Shown here: one piece after another, positions 12,793 through 26,295 of the stretch | Layout of the letters: every line of letters begins with the position of its first letter | Position numbering within the stretch: the first letter of the stretch is position 1 | NCBI RefSeq assembly: GCF_004010195.1 | Contig: NC_057711.1 | Coordinates: 71,000,070-71,064,069 of the forward strand | Length of the DNA: 64,000 nucleotides | From: Chiloscyllium plagiosum | Taxonomy: Eukaryota | Direction of reading: 5' to 3' | The notes under the pieces: generated by a model | Seen by the model: the letters and a program-made list of their open reading frames with translations, nothing else | What the model was told of the DNA's origin: nothing | Database searches by the model: none | Translations under genes and position numbers: made by a program

Positions 12793-13819
12793 TGTGTATA
12801 AATTAGTTCACTGGCGTTGCCTTTACACCATTGCCACATCCATGGATTCCTCATTGACTCAACTCTACTTTGAGCAATTTGCTTATCGGGTTTCCTGAGG
12901 CCTGGGAAAATGAGCTGACTGCCTGTGGAAGCAGTGTTAAAATGAAGCCATCCAGCCTCATGAGAAGGTGACTGCACCGTTGCTGTAAACAGATTGATCT
13001 CCTATCCCTACTTTCACTGCAATAAAAAAATTCCAATTGAATTGGCTTTTGTTCCAGCCTTTTAATGATTTGATCTCCCTCCAGTCTGAACCCACAATGC
13101 CCTCACTACACACATTTGTGGTTTATCTATAAAGTAATCCTAGACATGTTGATTTTGAATAATTACAGCACGTTTAAATGTAATGTCGTTGTCACTCCCA
13201 ATTCCGTGATACATCAAACAATTTGATCTCCATTTTCACAGTAGCCAATAAGTTGCATTTTTTGTCTCTTAGCTTGAACAAAATGTTAAAACTGAACTGT
13301 GCTTTTGTAATACATACATTCTGATGCCATTGACAATGTTTATTTTGAAATACTTTATCATTTGAAAAAAGTGTAAGACATACAAGAAGTCCTAGAACAC
13401 CCTCGTAAATTAGCCTTACTTAAGCTTATACATCACCCGTATGATGTGCTGTTTATTGGTTAGGAGATTAGGTTGTAGAAGACACTGATGTTGCACAGCA
13501 TAAATGTGACATTAAATCTTCTGTCCAACGTGCAAACGTAAAGATGGCAGTGGACAATTTGAAGACTAGTCACTTAGATTAGTTATTCTTTCACAATTGA
13601 ACATTTTTCAGACATTTAATGTTTCTCCTGAGTGATAAAGTGTCAACAGTACTTTATAAACTCCTCTGTGAGAGGTTTGTACCAGTCAATGTGAGCATGT
13701 GACACAAGTAACAAACTGAAGGATGGTAACTCATCTGGCTCAGCTGTGTAGATCTTACCAATAAAATTGAATTATTCTTGTGGTGGGGTAGGGGCGGGAA
13801 GAATAAAAATCCAGGATAG

Positions 13820-14709
13820 ATGACACCAAAATTGGAGGTGTAGCGGACAGCGAAGAAAGTTACCACAGATTACAACAGGATCTTGATCAGATGGGCCAAC
13901 AGGCTGAGAAGTGGAGTTTAATTTAGATAAATATGAGGTGCTGCATTTTGGGAAAGCAAATCTTAGCGGGACTTCTACGCTTAATGGTAAGGTCCTAGGG
14001 AGTGTTGCTGAACAAAGAGACCCTGGAGTGCAGGTTCATAGCTCCTTGAAAGTGGAGTCACAGGTAAATAGGATAATGAAGAAGGCGTTTGGTATGCTCT
14101 CCTTTATTGGTCAGAGTACTGAGTACAGGAGTTGAGAAGTCATGTTGCGGCTGTACAGGACATTGGTTGGGTCACTTTTGGAATATTGAATGCAATTATA
14201 GTCTCCTTCCTATTGGAAAGATGTTGTGAAAAGACTTACAAGGATGTTGCCAGGGTCGGAGGATTTGAGCTCCAAGGAGAGGCTTAATAGGCTAGGGCTG
14301 TTTTCCCTGGAGCATTGGAGGCTGAGGGGTGACCTTATAGAGGCTTATAAAATCATGAGGGGCATGGATAGGATAACTAGACAAATTCTTTTCCATGGGT
14401 CGGGGAGTCCAGAAGTAGAGGGCATAGGTTTAGGGTTAGAGAGGAAAGATATAAAAGAGACCTAAGGGGCAACTTTTTCACGCAGAGGGTGGTACATGTA
14501 TGGAATGAGCTGACAGAGGAAGTGGTGGAGGCTGGTACAATTGCAACATTTAAAAGGCATCTGGATGGGTATATGAATAGGAAGGGTTTGGAGGGATATG
14601 AGCTGGGTGCTGGCAGGTAAGTCTAGATTGGGTTGGGATATCTGGTCGTCATGGATGAGTTGGACTGAAGGGTCTGCTTTCGTGCTGTACAGCTCTATGA
14701 CACTATGAC
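13820..14709 (+). mobile_element. CR1/HER1 LINE, 5'-truncated
   Basis: ORFs 13911-14135 (EFNLDKYEVLHFG) and 14226-14465; tail ctctatgacactatga. Confidence 0.92.
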
Positions 14710-15205
14710 TTCGCTGGAAATGGAGGAGAGATTGAGCTTGTGGATTGGGGTTCAGCTCACAGTAGAGAGGAGATTTAGTTCAGGCATGTGGTCTGAGAGC
14801 AAAAGGGAAACTAGGGATCGGGGTGGGCAAGATATAGAGGTAGGATGCAGCTCAGGAATAGGGGTTTGGCTGAGAACTCAGTGATCATGAACAACGATTG
14901 GAACAAGAAGCAGAGGTTTGGGCAAGAATAGAGATGAGACTGAGGCTCGAGCTTTGTTCAGGAGCAGTGGTGATTGACCTTTTTGGTAGAATGGTGAGAT
15001 CTTTAATGAAGTGTCATTTAGGCAAATTACTTAGGCAAGTACAGCTAGTGCTCAGTGTTGTGCAACAAACCAATTTTACAATAATGGCCTAAAAAGGCAT
15101 ACCTCCTGATTATGACATGGGCAATGGGCACCTTTTGTTTATCCAAAAGTGATATTCCAGTTGATGCATGTCTGAATGAAAATGTGCATTTGGTTGGTAT
15201 ATCTC

Positions 15206-15854
15206 TGTTATGGACTAAGCCAGACCACTCAAAACATTCTTAAGCATGCAGCCCCAGACCATAACTTTACAATTTGTTTCGGTGTACAGTGAAATTTACT
15301 CACATTAAGTTAGCTAGGTTGACTTCTCTAGATTTTAAAACAGACAAAACAGTATTCATAAAATTACACAACAAAACACAAAGAACAAAATAAAGAACCT
15401 CTACAGAACTCAACCAATCCAGCTAGACTTAATTATGCTGTTCTGAATACACACCACAGTCCCGATAAGCAAACTCCCTTTAAAAACCAGTATAAATGGA
15501 ACACATTCTCACAGGTTGAAGCTGAAGGGCAGAAACGAGAGAGAGTTTCCACACAGCTCCCTGTTGAACTTCCCAGTTCAAGACTCAACTAAAATTGCTC
15601 ATCTCAAGTCAGCTAGAGAGCTGACCACTCCCCTCTCTTTATACGTGTCACTTCTAAAGCATGACCACTTTGGCCTGAAGTCTCATCTGTTTACATATCA
15701 ATAAAAGGCCTCTCAAAATCCTTTTCATCTCTGTGGCAAACCAGACTGATCGGAGCCTGTCCCGGATTATTGCCCCTCTGAGAAAAATCAAGGACAGAGT
15801 CTCCTTGAGCCAAGGAACAGCTTTTAGAAAAAAAAAGGGACTAGCTTTGTGACA
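15206..15854. mobile_element. Solo LTR (LTR retrotransposon or ERV)
   Basis: Termini tgttat...gtgaca (TG..CA) with a 4-bp TSD tctc at 15202-15205 and 15855-15858. No internal coding sequence. Confidence 0.8.
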
Positions 15855-16389
15855 TCTCATATTGAAGCTTTAATAACTTGAGGCATTTTTGATGACCAGG
15901 GTAGTAGTGAGTGGGTGTGTGCTTCTCCTCTCTAGTAGGACCTGGTCTCTCTGGCAGTCACCAAGTTGTCCATGTGGCAGATGGATGTTCGTTCATTTGA
16001 AGCAGCTCCTGCAGCCTCTGATTGTAAAGGCCAATGAATTGCTGCCTGCTCTTTCTGTTCCTCCTCATGCATCTGGGCAAAGTCCCTGATTGCTGACAGG
16101 ACAGGGTATGCGCAGATATCTGAACTGGGTGTTTCTTCCTTGGCATTCCCACTGAGACATCAGTATCTGAGCTGATTGATGGTTGATGTAGGCAATCTTT
16201 ATATCCTCTTTCTCAGAGGTAGCATCTGGTGGAGCAGGACATTTCTCTGCCAAGGCTGTTGACGTCCCACTTGAACATGAAAGACACAAGGCATAGCAGC
16301 CGATGTTATGAAGTATAAGCAGTAAATGGCACTGAAAGCAGGGTTTCTGTGTGAATCACTGTGGAAAGAAATGTGGTACTTGCTCAATT

Positions 16390-17004
16390 TTCACGACATG
16401 GGTGTCTCAGCATTCCCGTGGGAGTGCTTCCTGTGAGGTACAGGATTCTATCCTCATGATAAGTGGCAACCTGATGTTGTCAGCCCTCCTGGTTGATTCT
16501 AGTCTGCTTACCCTGGAATGACAGAAAGTGAGGGATTGAACGAGATGAAAGGGAGCAGCATGGCTTTTAGTGCTAGGGCGGGAGTTTGCATGTCAGTGCG
16601 GTGCCCCTGGCAAGTGAGTAGTCACAGTAGAAGCCATACAGGATTTGCGGTGTAGGAAGCTTTTGGTGCAAGAGATTAAGTAAGGGAAGATGCTGCATGT
16701 AAGCGAGAGAGTGGTAAAACATGAGCCTTGGTGGAAGGTGGGTGGCTGAGTTGGAGTGACTATGAGATGGTGGAGTGTGGGAAGTCATTGACCTTCTTGC
16801 AGCTTTGCTGGCAGCTCCTCCATGCGATGGATTCAACACTGACCCAGGTGGTGACTGCAGACCACACTGCCATGGTCTGGTGCCACATCCTCCTCTGTAA
16901 ATTCTCTGGCTACAGTATGCTCTTCCTTTGCACCACAATCCCTACTCTAGGACCTCGAGGTTCCTTTCAAAGAAGCACAGTGCCATCGTCCCCTTCTCTG
17001 ACAT
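16390..17004 (-). pseudogene. Degraded Myb/SANT-like (NAIF1/MSANTD-type) gene of a PIF/Harbinger transposon
   Basis: From ATG 17004 with stops and a frameshift: MSEKGTMALCFFERNLEVL...IVVQRKSIL*PE...TMAVWSAVTTWVSVESIAWRSCQQSCKKVND, matching the trihelix pattern F...LEVL...W..V...RS..QC.KK.ND. Acceptor-like ctttctgtcattccag near 16510. Confidence 0.65.
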
Positions 17005-18671
17005 CTTTTGACTGAATGTCCTTGACCAAACAGGACAACTTCAAAATGCCAGAGTCATCCGGATGCACAGTGGCCTTTACAATATAACACAACTAGCAGT
17101 GTTGCTGATCTTTCCACGGATATGAGTGGGGAGTTCTTCTGGAAATAGTGTGTGGTTAGACGGGGCTTGAATCAGATAAGAGGAGCACTGTAGGAGCGAG
17201 ATAGGTGGTCAATGAAGCAATTTTGGTAAGAAATGGTGAGAGACGTCATTAGTTTTATTGATTAAAGACCCTCCAAAAGAATTCAGTGCAACTGACACTT
17301 GGCTGAAAAGACATAAGATTCAGCACACTTTTTCTATTCCTCAGAAAGGGACATGATGATCTCGATGAATTTCACAGATAAACTAGAAATGATAAAGCAC
17401 CTTTACGGGTACTCAGGTCTATTCAACACTCATTTCCTTTTACTTTCCCAGATATCTCTCCTGTTGAACATGATATTCAGAGCAACAAAGTACAATGAGT
17501 TGTTATGATTAATACCAGCAGTAATCTTATTATCTACAATGTTGCACCTAATTTTATTTCTCGTAGTTTTGTTTTAGGTAAAACCTAGTTCCTGATGGAA
17601 AACCAAAATTAAATAAAATAATTTTAATCCCACAATATGGGGTTAGAGGGATAATGTTTAGCAATGGAGGCATCATGTCTCTCTTCTAATTGAAAGTTAA
17701 AATGGGCAAGTTATGAATTATACAATAGGAGGCAGTTTCCTGTTGCACCATAAGGATAGCCTTGGACTATTTTCAGCAATTAAGCCTGTGAAAAAAAATA
17801 GGAATTCTGTTTTTGGTATCTGTATTGTCCATGGCAATTTGTCTTGCTGTGCCAATATTCTGTACTACAGTCTAAACCAGCTATCTTCCAACGATCTATG
17901 TTTCAAGACTCATTGCGTACACTGGAGCAAGGTCCAAGAACTGTTAATAAAATGTTATTATGAGCAAACTCTCCTTATCTTTGTCATTATTCACAGAAAT
18001 GCTTATGACTTTTCTGCATCAGCTTGGCAGATATTCAACACAAGTCTCCTGAATGAGCGAGAGTACGCAAGAGTGAAGGAAGATCAGAAATCTGTTTGTG
18101 ACCATTATGTAGCTTTGCAGTATAACAGTGATATCTGCATTTTATCCAGTTTCAACTAGTAGCAAAATTTGGGACAAGGTTTCTCCTCCCAAGGACACAA
18201 ATGGATGTGTGTTCAGAATATGAACTTAAAGTTTGTGGTGTTATGCAAGATGAATTTCGTTATGTTGCTGTTAATGAAGCATCTACTTGCAGTTTCTGTA
18301 CATTAAGAGTCTCTGAGCAGCATTTTTACAGCATAAAACACACAAGCAAGGATGTATTGTCAAATGTAATTCTTTTGTGTAGAATCACTCATTTTCATTT
18401 TAAAATACCAGTAACTTGAACAAAATTATTCTGAACAGTAAATGCCATTCTAAAGTATGAATAAAGGACCATAAATTAATCTCATGCCAAATGTTTCACC
18501 AAGGTTGAAAGATCTGCCACTGCCCCATGTACAAGCATTACTGTGCTGAGAGATTAAGTTCCTTCTTATATACAGGATGTCGCATTTTCAATAAATTATG
18601 TATCCTTCCATTACGGATAAAAGCACTATCCAATTTAATTGAGAAGCAGAAAGAGCAAGAATACCCTATGT

Positions 18672-18947
18672 TTGAGCTGAAAATGTGTTGCTGGAAAAGC
18701 GCAGCAGGTCAGGCAGCATCCAAGGAGCATCACCCTCACCTTAACCTCCTTCCACCTATTGCATTTCCAACGCCCCTCCCCCAAGTCCCTCCTCCCTACC
18801 TTTCATCTTAGCCTGCTTGGCACACTTTCCTCATTTCTGAAGAAGGGCTCATGCCCGAAACGTCGATTCTCCTGCTCCTTGGATGCTGCCTGACCTGCTG
18901 CGCTTTTCAGCTCTGATCTCCAGCATCTGCAGTCCTCACTTTCTCCT
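18672..18947 (+). mobile_element. Mini-PLE (family A) with inverted terminal piece
   Basis: aaaagcgcagcaggtcaggcagcatccaaggagca (about 18696-18729) is inverted at about 18873-18907; contains a hammerhead core. Confidence 0.85.
18833..18868 (+). ncRNA. Minimal type I hammerhead ribozyme, core intact (family A)
   Basis: ctgaaga(18837-43)-a-gggc-tcat-gccc-gaaa-c-gtc; palindromic ACGT helix III; helix I is weak. Confidence 0.75.
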
Positions 18948-19149
18948 AATGACGTAAAATGGGCAATTTTTTGAAGAGATGTATGACAGGCACCTGAATT
19001 GCTATTGATCGATTTACATTAGCAAAATTTAAACAAATTCTCCCTCACTCTACCTTGAACTGATATTTTTTTCTAGTTTCTTTCTTCTGTCCTCTTATAT
19101 CTTCCCTGAGATCAACATGTTCATCAGAACCACCTCATTCAATCTGTTG

Positions 19150-19830
19150 TCTTTATAGTTTATTGCCCTATCTCCAACTCCTTTTTCTCTCCAAAGTCCT
19201 TAGATGTATTGTCACCTGTCAAACAGGTTCCCATCTTTGCCAAAATGTACAAACCCAAATTGATCTTACCAATGTTGCAAGTGCCTCATTATGTAACTTT
19301 GACAGTGTTAAACTTGCCCTGTTTGTGCTGTCTGACCTGTTTGCAGTCATTAATTTGGATGACACCATCCTTTAACATCGCTCTACTGCTGTCCAACAGG
19401 AAGGTATTTGCCCTCCTTGGTTTCATTCCTGTGCATCTAATCATAGCCAGGAATTGGATTGGAACACTTTTGCCTCACTGTCCTACATTGTCAACTTGAG
19501 TGATCCCAAGGATCTATCCTTTATTCCTTTCCTATTTCCCATCTATATGCTGTGCCTTAAAGACATTATCCAAAAACATTGTATTAGTTTCCACTTGTAC
19601 AGTGATTACATTCCAGCTCTACCCTAAACACCATAAACCTCTGTATCCTCCACTGTTGATAAATTACCAGACTGCTTATCTAATACCCAATACTGGACCA
19701 GCAGAAATCTTCTTCAGTTAGATACTGGAAAGACTACACCCATTATTTTTGGTCCCTGCTCCAAACTTTAATTCCTAACTAGTGACTCTATCCCTCCCTC
19801 CTGGCATCAGAGATAAGCCGGTCGTTAGTA
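19150..19830 (+). mobile_element. Ancient L2 LINE RT fragment
   Basis: ORF 19163-19375 LLFLSKVLRCIV...LALFVLSDLFAVINLDDTIL resembles L2 LPFLSKVLE..V...LLILLDLSAAFDTVDH.IL. An L2-like 3' end lies at about 20700-20790. Confidence 0.6.
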
Positions 19831-19847
19831 ATATTCTTTTTGAGTGA

Positions 19848-20700
19848 TAGAGTCATTGAGATTTTACTGCCCATGAGGAGGCCCTTCGGCCTATTATGTC
19901 CATTCCAATCATCAGATGACCATCTATTCCAATCCCATTCTCCAGCATTCGGCCCATATCCTATGGCATTTCAAATGCTCTTTTAAATAGTTCTTAAATG
20001 TCTTGAGGGTTCACACTTCGTCACTCTTCGGGCAGTGAGTTCCAAATACCTAGAACTCTTCAGGTGAAAATAAATTTCCTCAAATCCCCTTGAATCTGCT
20101 GCTTACCTTAAAACAGTGTCTCCTGGAAATTGATCCTTCTATTAAGGGAAAATGCTTCTCCCTATTTATTCTGTTAATGCCACTCAGTCTTTTCTGCTCT
20201 AAGGAAAACCAACTTAGAAACAGGAAAGGAGCAGTCACTTTATTTCGAGTGTTTGACATGGAAGATAGTAAAATGAAGGGCATGTAGGTTAATTTGATTT
20301 TAAAGTGGGATAAAAGGTCAACACCAAGGGCCAAAGGGTCTGTACTGTGTTGTATTGTTCTATGTTCTATGTGATCTCTCTTAATAGCTGAGTTGCTCCA
20401 GTTAAGGCAACTTGCTGTTGAATCTCGTCGACACCCTCTCCAGTGAAATCATGTCCTTCCTATTATCTGGCGACTGGAACTGCGCACAGTACACCAGCTG
20501 TGGAGAAAGTGAGGTCTGCAGATGCTGGAGATCAGAGCTGGAAATGTGTTGCTGGAAAAGCGCAGCAGGTCAGGCAGCATCTAGGGAACAGGAGAATTGA
20601 CGTTTCGGGCATAAGCCCTTCTTCCCAACTAGCATTTTCTATAGCTCTATCAAACCTTCTCAATCCTGTAATCAATACCTTGGCTAATAAAGTCAAGTAT
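19848..20700 (-). mobile_element. Old CR1 3' fragment containing an inverted CR1 tail (about 20225-20372) and a mini-PLE
   Basis: Antisense CR1 3' UTR gaggaggcccttcggccta; minus ORF 20080-20334 FSLEQKRL...FPLIEGS. Confidence 0.6.
20502..20624 (-). mobile_element. Mini-PLE (family A) truncated inside the hammerhead core
   Basis: Reverse complement gaagaagggcttatgcccgaaacgtcaattc..., nearly identical to 52325-52445. Confidence 0.85.
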
Positions 20701-20869
20701 CCTCCCCACAGCTCCTCACCTCTCTACGTTGCTTCCTTCCTTTAGAACACTCTTTAACATCTACCTTTTTGAACAAGCATTTGATGTATCAAATCTATCA
20801 CCTTGTAGCTTTAGACACTATCAACATGGAGTGTGAGCAGGAAAGTGAAATTGAGATTAAAAATTATGT

Positions 20870-21480
20870 ATGGCTTGGTGGCTTAGTGGTTAGCACCATT
20901 GCCTTACAATGCCAGGGACCAGTGTTCAATTTCACCCACAGGTGGCTGTCTGTGTGGAGTTTGTGTGTTCTCCCTGTGTCTGTGTGGGTTTCCTCCCACA
21001 GTCCAAAGATGTGCAGGTTAGGTGATTGGCCATGCTAAATTGCCCATAGTGTCCAGGAATGTGCAGGCTATGTGGATTAGATTAGATTCCCTACAGTGCG
21101 GAAACAGGCCCTTCGACCTAACAAGTCCATACCGACCCTCCGAAGAGTGATCCATTCCCCTACCCTATATTTACCCCTGACTAATGCACTTAACACTATG
21201 GACAATTTAGCATGGCCAAGTTACCTGGCTTGCACATCTTTGGATCGTGGGGGGAAACCCACGCAGGCATGGGAGAATGTGCAAATTCCACACAGACAGT
21301 TGCCCGAGGTGGGGATCAAACCCTGGAGCTGTGAGGCAGCAGTGCTAACCACTGAGCCACCGTGCCACCCTAAATTAGCCATGGGAAATGCAGGATTACT
21401 TGGATAGAGTGGGTGGGATGCTCTGCAGAAGGTTAGTGTGGATTTGATGGGCTAAATGGCCTGCTTCCACATTGTAGGAT
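20870..21480 (+). mobile_element. HE1-type SINE containing a second HE1 SINE in opposite orientation (about 21078-21370, minus)
   Basis: Outer head tggtggcttagtggttagc; inner tail ttagattagattccctacag; the outer element resumes at ttagccatgggaaatgcagg. Confidence 0.85.
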
Positions 21481-22944
21481 TATATAATTCTGTTCTATAG
21501 ATCAGTCATGGTCATATTGCATATAGAGCAGATTCAGCAGGTTGTATCATTTTCTTCTCTTCCTATTTCTTATATCATGATGATGACGTACTTTTTTTGA
21601 TAATGTGTATTTGATGCAAACTGAGACATTTTATTCTGTTTTAGTGCTATGAAAAATAAGATGTTGCCAGAGCAGGAATGTTTGCCCAGCAGAAAACATA
21701 CATGCTCATCAAAGCAGTTTGATGCTCTTCGTAAGCCATAAATTTTCATGCAAATCTGCAGAGGATAAAAGTAGAATTCTATCATGAATTCCCTAGTTCT
21801 ACAGAGAATCTAAATTACACTGCACTTTGAAATAATATTCAACTGAGGAGTATGTTGTTATTTTATTAAAAAGTCTATACTTGACATTTTATTGCAAATA
21901 GCTGCACCAAAAAATTACAAAATTAAACCTGATTATGGTATTTTCAGCAGTTTCAGACTGAAGCTGTTGATTTTATTCATAGATTTCTCTTAGGACATCA
22001 TCAGTATTCTGTAATTATTGACTGAATTTAGTCAATTATTAACAAGTCAGTTCATTCCAGCAGTGAAATGATTTTATCAAACTTTACAAAACTGCATATA
22101 CCAAATGTTTATTGGTGCCTGGGGACTTCCTTCTGTTCATCACTTTAGTGTTTCTAAAAGGCCTTTGCAGTCAGTGGTCCTGAACTTTAGAGACTCTTTT
22201 TAAACTTTAACAAGTTTATGATCTTGTAACCTCTGAAGTACCTCTCCCGGGCATCTCTTTTCAGCCCAGTGAATGATTGGATTTGCAGAAACCAAGATAA
22301 AATAAACTAAATGACATTTGAGCATGATGGAATTGATTAAGGTTTAGTATTTTTTACAGTATACTGATTCCCATTTTTAATATTTTGCAATACCTGGCAG
22401 TTAGTCTGAATATTGAATATTCTTAAAGCAGAGATAGATAGCTTCTTATTAGGCAAGGGAATCAAAAGTTACGGATGAGCCACAATCTTATTGAACAGGC
22501 TTGAGGGGCTGAGAGTTTTATTTCTGCTTTTATTTCCTATGTTTGTAAGTGTGTAATGTTTTCATGTTATTGCCCACTATTTTTCTTCACTTGTGAAACA
22601 TGGGTGTTTCTGGCTGGGCCAGTATTTAATCCCCTCGAGTTGCTTTTGAGAAGGTGTTGATGAGTTGCCTTCTTGAATTGCAGCCCATGTACTGTAGGTA
22701 CACCCAAGATGCCATTAGGGAGGTAATTCCAGGATTTTGACCCAGCGACAGTGAAGGAACGGCGATGTATTTTTAAGTCAGGATGTTGAGTGGAAGGAAG
22801 CTAGATGTGTTCTCAAATGATGCTAACATTTCACTTCATTGCAATTGCAGATGCCCAGTTGTAACTTGCTGTGCTTTTCTTGCTTTCTTTACTGAATAAG
22901 TTAAAATCTCTATTCAAGCTCATCCAATCAAATAGATGGTTGGA

Positions 22945-23210
22945 GGTGATGACAAAGTAGTAAGGTCATTGGACTAGGAATCCAGTAGACCATGCCATGA
23001 TGTGAGGCAAGTGTTTGAATCCCAGCTTGTACAGACATGAAATTTGAATGTAACATAAAACAAGACCAACGGTGACCATGTAATCGTTATTGATTGCTGT
23101 AAAAACCCACCAAGTTCACTAACGTTGTTTAAGGATGGAAATCTGTTGTCCTTAACAATATATCCTCTTATGCATTTTTCAGTGCACTGACCTTTGAAGC
23201 CCATGCATGT
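22945..23210 (+). mobile_element. Degraded Deu-domain (SacSINE1-like) SINE
   Basis: gtcattggactaggaatccag...aaaaacccacc..gttcactaa...ggaaatctg..gtcctta; a better copy is at 43665. Confidence 0.55.
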
Positions 23211-23264
23211 TAGTGACTTCTAAAACTGGAAGCCAATGTATCAGCACACCAATCACACTGACTG

Positions 23265-23895
23265 GGGGATATTCCAGGCCATGAGGTTATGGATTGTGCT
23301 GCAGTACAATTCTGCTGCTATTGATGGTTTGCAGCATCTCATGGATACCCAGTCTTGAGTTGCTACATCTATTCAAAGTCTATCCCATTAGCACAGTGGT
23401 AGTGTCACACAACATGATGGAATTTATTTTCAATGTGAAAGTGGGACTTCATCTCCACAAGGACTGTGCAGTGGTCACTCTTATCAATACAGTCACAGAC
23501 AGATGCATCTCCAGCTGGCAGATTGGTAAGGATGAGGTTAAGTATGTTTCTCCCTCTTATTGGTTCCGTCACTACCTGCCTCAGACTCAATCTAGCAGCT
23601 ATGTCGTTTAGGACCCGACTAGCTTAGTCAGTAATGCTGTTGCCGAGTCACTCTTGGTGATGGACCTTGAAATCTCCAACCCAGAGTACATTTTGTGCCC
23701 TTGCCATCCTCAGTGCTTCCTCTAAGTGTTGTTCAGCATGGAGGAGTACCAATTCAGGGTATGACAGAGTAAGGTATGTGATAATCAGCAGGAGGTTAAC
23801 CTGCCCAGGTTTAACCTGAAGCCACAAGACTTCATGAGATGCAGAGTCAATGTTGAGGACAATCAGGGTAAATCCCTCCCAACTGCATACCTCTG
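23265..23895 (-). mobile_element. Crack/CR1-group LINE APE endonuclease fragment (its 3' end fragment is at about 22590-22800)
   Basis: ORFs 23648-23944 (NVLWVGDFKVHH) and 23405-23590 (LRQVVTEPIRGRNILNLILTN, SDHCTVL). Confidence 0.75.
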
Positions 23896-24289
23896 TACTT
23901 GGATGTGAAGTATAAATGCATGTATGGCTGAAGAATTGCTGCAAGAAGGAGGGGTTTAGTTTCCTGGATCATTGGGTCTCTTCCTGGGAAGGTAGGCCCT
24001 GCGTATGTGAACTGCAATAGGACCAATATCTTTGCAGGTTAGTTTGCTGGTGCTGTTGGTGGGGATTTAAACTAATTTGGCAGGGGAATGTGATGTGGAG
24101 TAGAGCTATAATGGCGGGTGATGCACATAAAAATGCAGAAGAAAACCCAAGTCAGTCTGGAAGGCAGTGCATATACAGTCAAGTTAACGCACAAGGAGCA
24201 TGGCAAGATTGGATGGCACTTAGTTTAATGCAAGCAGTCTTGTGACTATAGCAAATGTATTGAAGGTATTGATTAACATCTAGAGATAT

Positions 24290-24440
24290 GATGATGTGGA
24301 GGAGCCGGTGTTGGACCGGGGTAGACAAAGTTAAAAATCACAGAGCACCAGGTCATAGTCCAACAGGGTTATTTGAAAGCGCTCTGAAAACTAGTGCTCC
24401 CAAATAAACCTGTTGGATTATAACCTGGTGTTGTGTGATT
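24290..24440. mobile_element. Family C inverted-repeat mini-element (PLE-type terminal repeat)
   Basis: Arms aatcacagagcaccaggtcatagtccaacagg / cctgttggattataacctggtgttgtgtgatt; same family as 28680 and 50140. Confidence 0.75.
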
Positions 24441-24935
24441 GCTAACATATAGACATGGGGAGGTGGGGGAAGAGTGGCAGGTCTGGCTGCTCAATATTCC
24501 TGTATGTAGACATCAGGCAAGATGGAGAAGTAGTGAACGAGAAAGTGGAGTTGCAATATCCATCAAGGAGTCAATTACTGCAGATGAAATCTTCAAAGGC
24601 TTCTCAATTAAGGTCTTGTATCAGATTATTAGGGGTTTATTATAGAGCCCCAAACAATCATGGGAGATGGAAAGGCAGATATGTAGGCAAATTTCAGTGA
24701 AGTGCAATAATAATAGGGTAATATTATTTGGGGCTTTCAACTTCCCCACTTTTGACCAACATAGAGAAAATGTTAAAAGTTTAGAGGAGGTGGAATTCCT
24801 AAAATGCATCCAGGAAAGTTTTCGCAGCTATCATGTTGAAAGTCCTCGAAGGACAGTGTTAGATCTAATTTTATGGAGCATAGCCGGGAAGTGGTGGAAG
24901 TGTAAGTGGGACAGCATTTCAGAGATTGTGATCAT

Positions 24936-25885
24936 TGTCATGCCTCATTGGGGTAGTGCACTGGAAACTAAACCCTGCCAAATCTGGAGTTATCACAAAA
25001 GTTAATGATTTTAAAATTTGTATACAACATTCTCTAATTTATTTGATTGTCAGGCCCAGATTTACAGAAAGCTCAGATTGATTTCTGTTTCTAACAAGAA
25101 TGACTATTTATTACAAGTAATTAGACACTAGCTACAGATGTAGTTAAACATCATACGACATTATTAATTAAAACTCCAATCCTTTTATAAACTCCCTCAC
25201 AAAGCCGCAGACAAACTGACATACAGGCAGTGAAAAAACACATAGGTAAAGGGAAGAACCTGGAAAGGCAAGTCTTTGCTCCCATCTGTTGAGTTGGTTC
25301 TTGCTAATCTGAGAGTTCTTCCTGATTTCTCTTTTCTGACTCCTTCCACGCGTTAGCAAGATGTACAAGATGGCTCATTCACTTATAAAATACCCTTCAT
25401 TTATCAGCTAAAAGTCACAGCTTATAGTAACTACTGAAGGAAAGAGTAACTGGTTTCCTTCAGGTTTAAAATGAATATTGACTGCGGAGAACAACGAGGC
25501 AGCTTCTGAATTTGTGAAGGTCAAAACTCTTCTCTCTGTTATTTGTTTCCAGTTCCAAGCTGTTTATTACATGAAAACCAATCGTACAGCTGTTGGCAAG
25601 CAAAAGGCCCTTGTCATCACAACTGATCTTTAGTCTATAGAGCCAACAATGTCTTGTCACCAATCAGAACTGCATCTGATTACAGAACCCCTGAGGTCTG
25701 TTTATCTGTAGCCACTTTAATTACTGGTCATTCAAACAGCTATCTACAATGTTGCCTTAGTTGCAGGTTACTTGGTTTTCAAAATATACAGCTAACCTTT
25801 CAAAACATTGTGTTTAAAACAGTTCTTCCCTATTTCAGTCCATAACTTTCACAAAGAACAAAAATAAAAATACAAGGCCTTTACA
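24936..25885. mobile_element. Probable old solo LTR inserted in CR1
   Basis: Starts tgtca and ends ttaca exactly where CR1 ORF2 breaks (gatcat) and resumes. TSD not conserved (tcat/ctat). Confidence 0.5.
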
Positions 25886-26295
25886 CTATAAGTCAGTAAG
25901 ATTTAAAGCAGTCATGGAAATGGACAACGCACTATAAATAAATGTTAGGGGAAAGCCAATTTTATTATGATAAGAAAGGATCTGGCTAACGTGGACTGGA
26001 ACAGCTAGTTGTAGGTAAATCCACATCAAGTAGGAGTATTTCAAAATAGAATGCAGAGCAAAAATGTTCCTGTAACCGTGAAGACTGGGACCAAATATTC
26101 CAGACAGCCCTTGATGTCAGTGATGTACAGATTGGATAAGGAAAGAAAGGAAGATTTTGACAAATACCAAGCTCCCAGAACACCTGAAGTATATAGAAAA
26201 TGCAGGGATTACTTAAAGAAGAAATTAGGAAAGACAGTGGGGCATGAAAAATCATGAATAACTTAAAGCAAACTCCAAAGGCATTTCATAAGTAT

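Noticed and set aside
17713..18159. 148-aa ORF in unique sequence
   Set aside because: No recognisable motif, AT-rich non-coding-like composition and no convincing exon structure.
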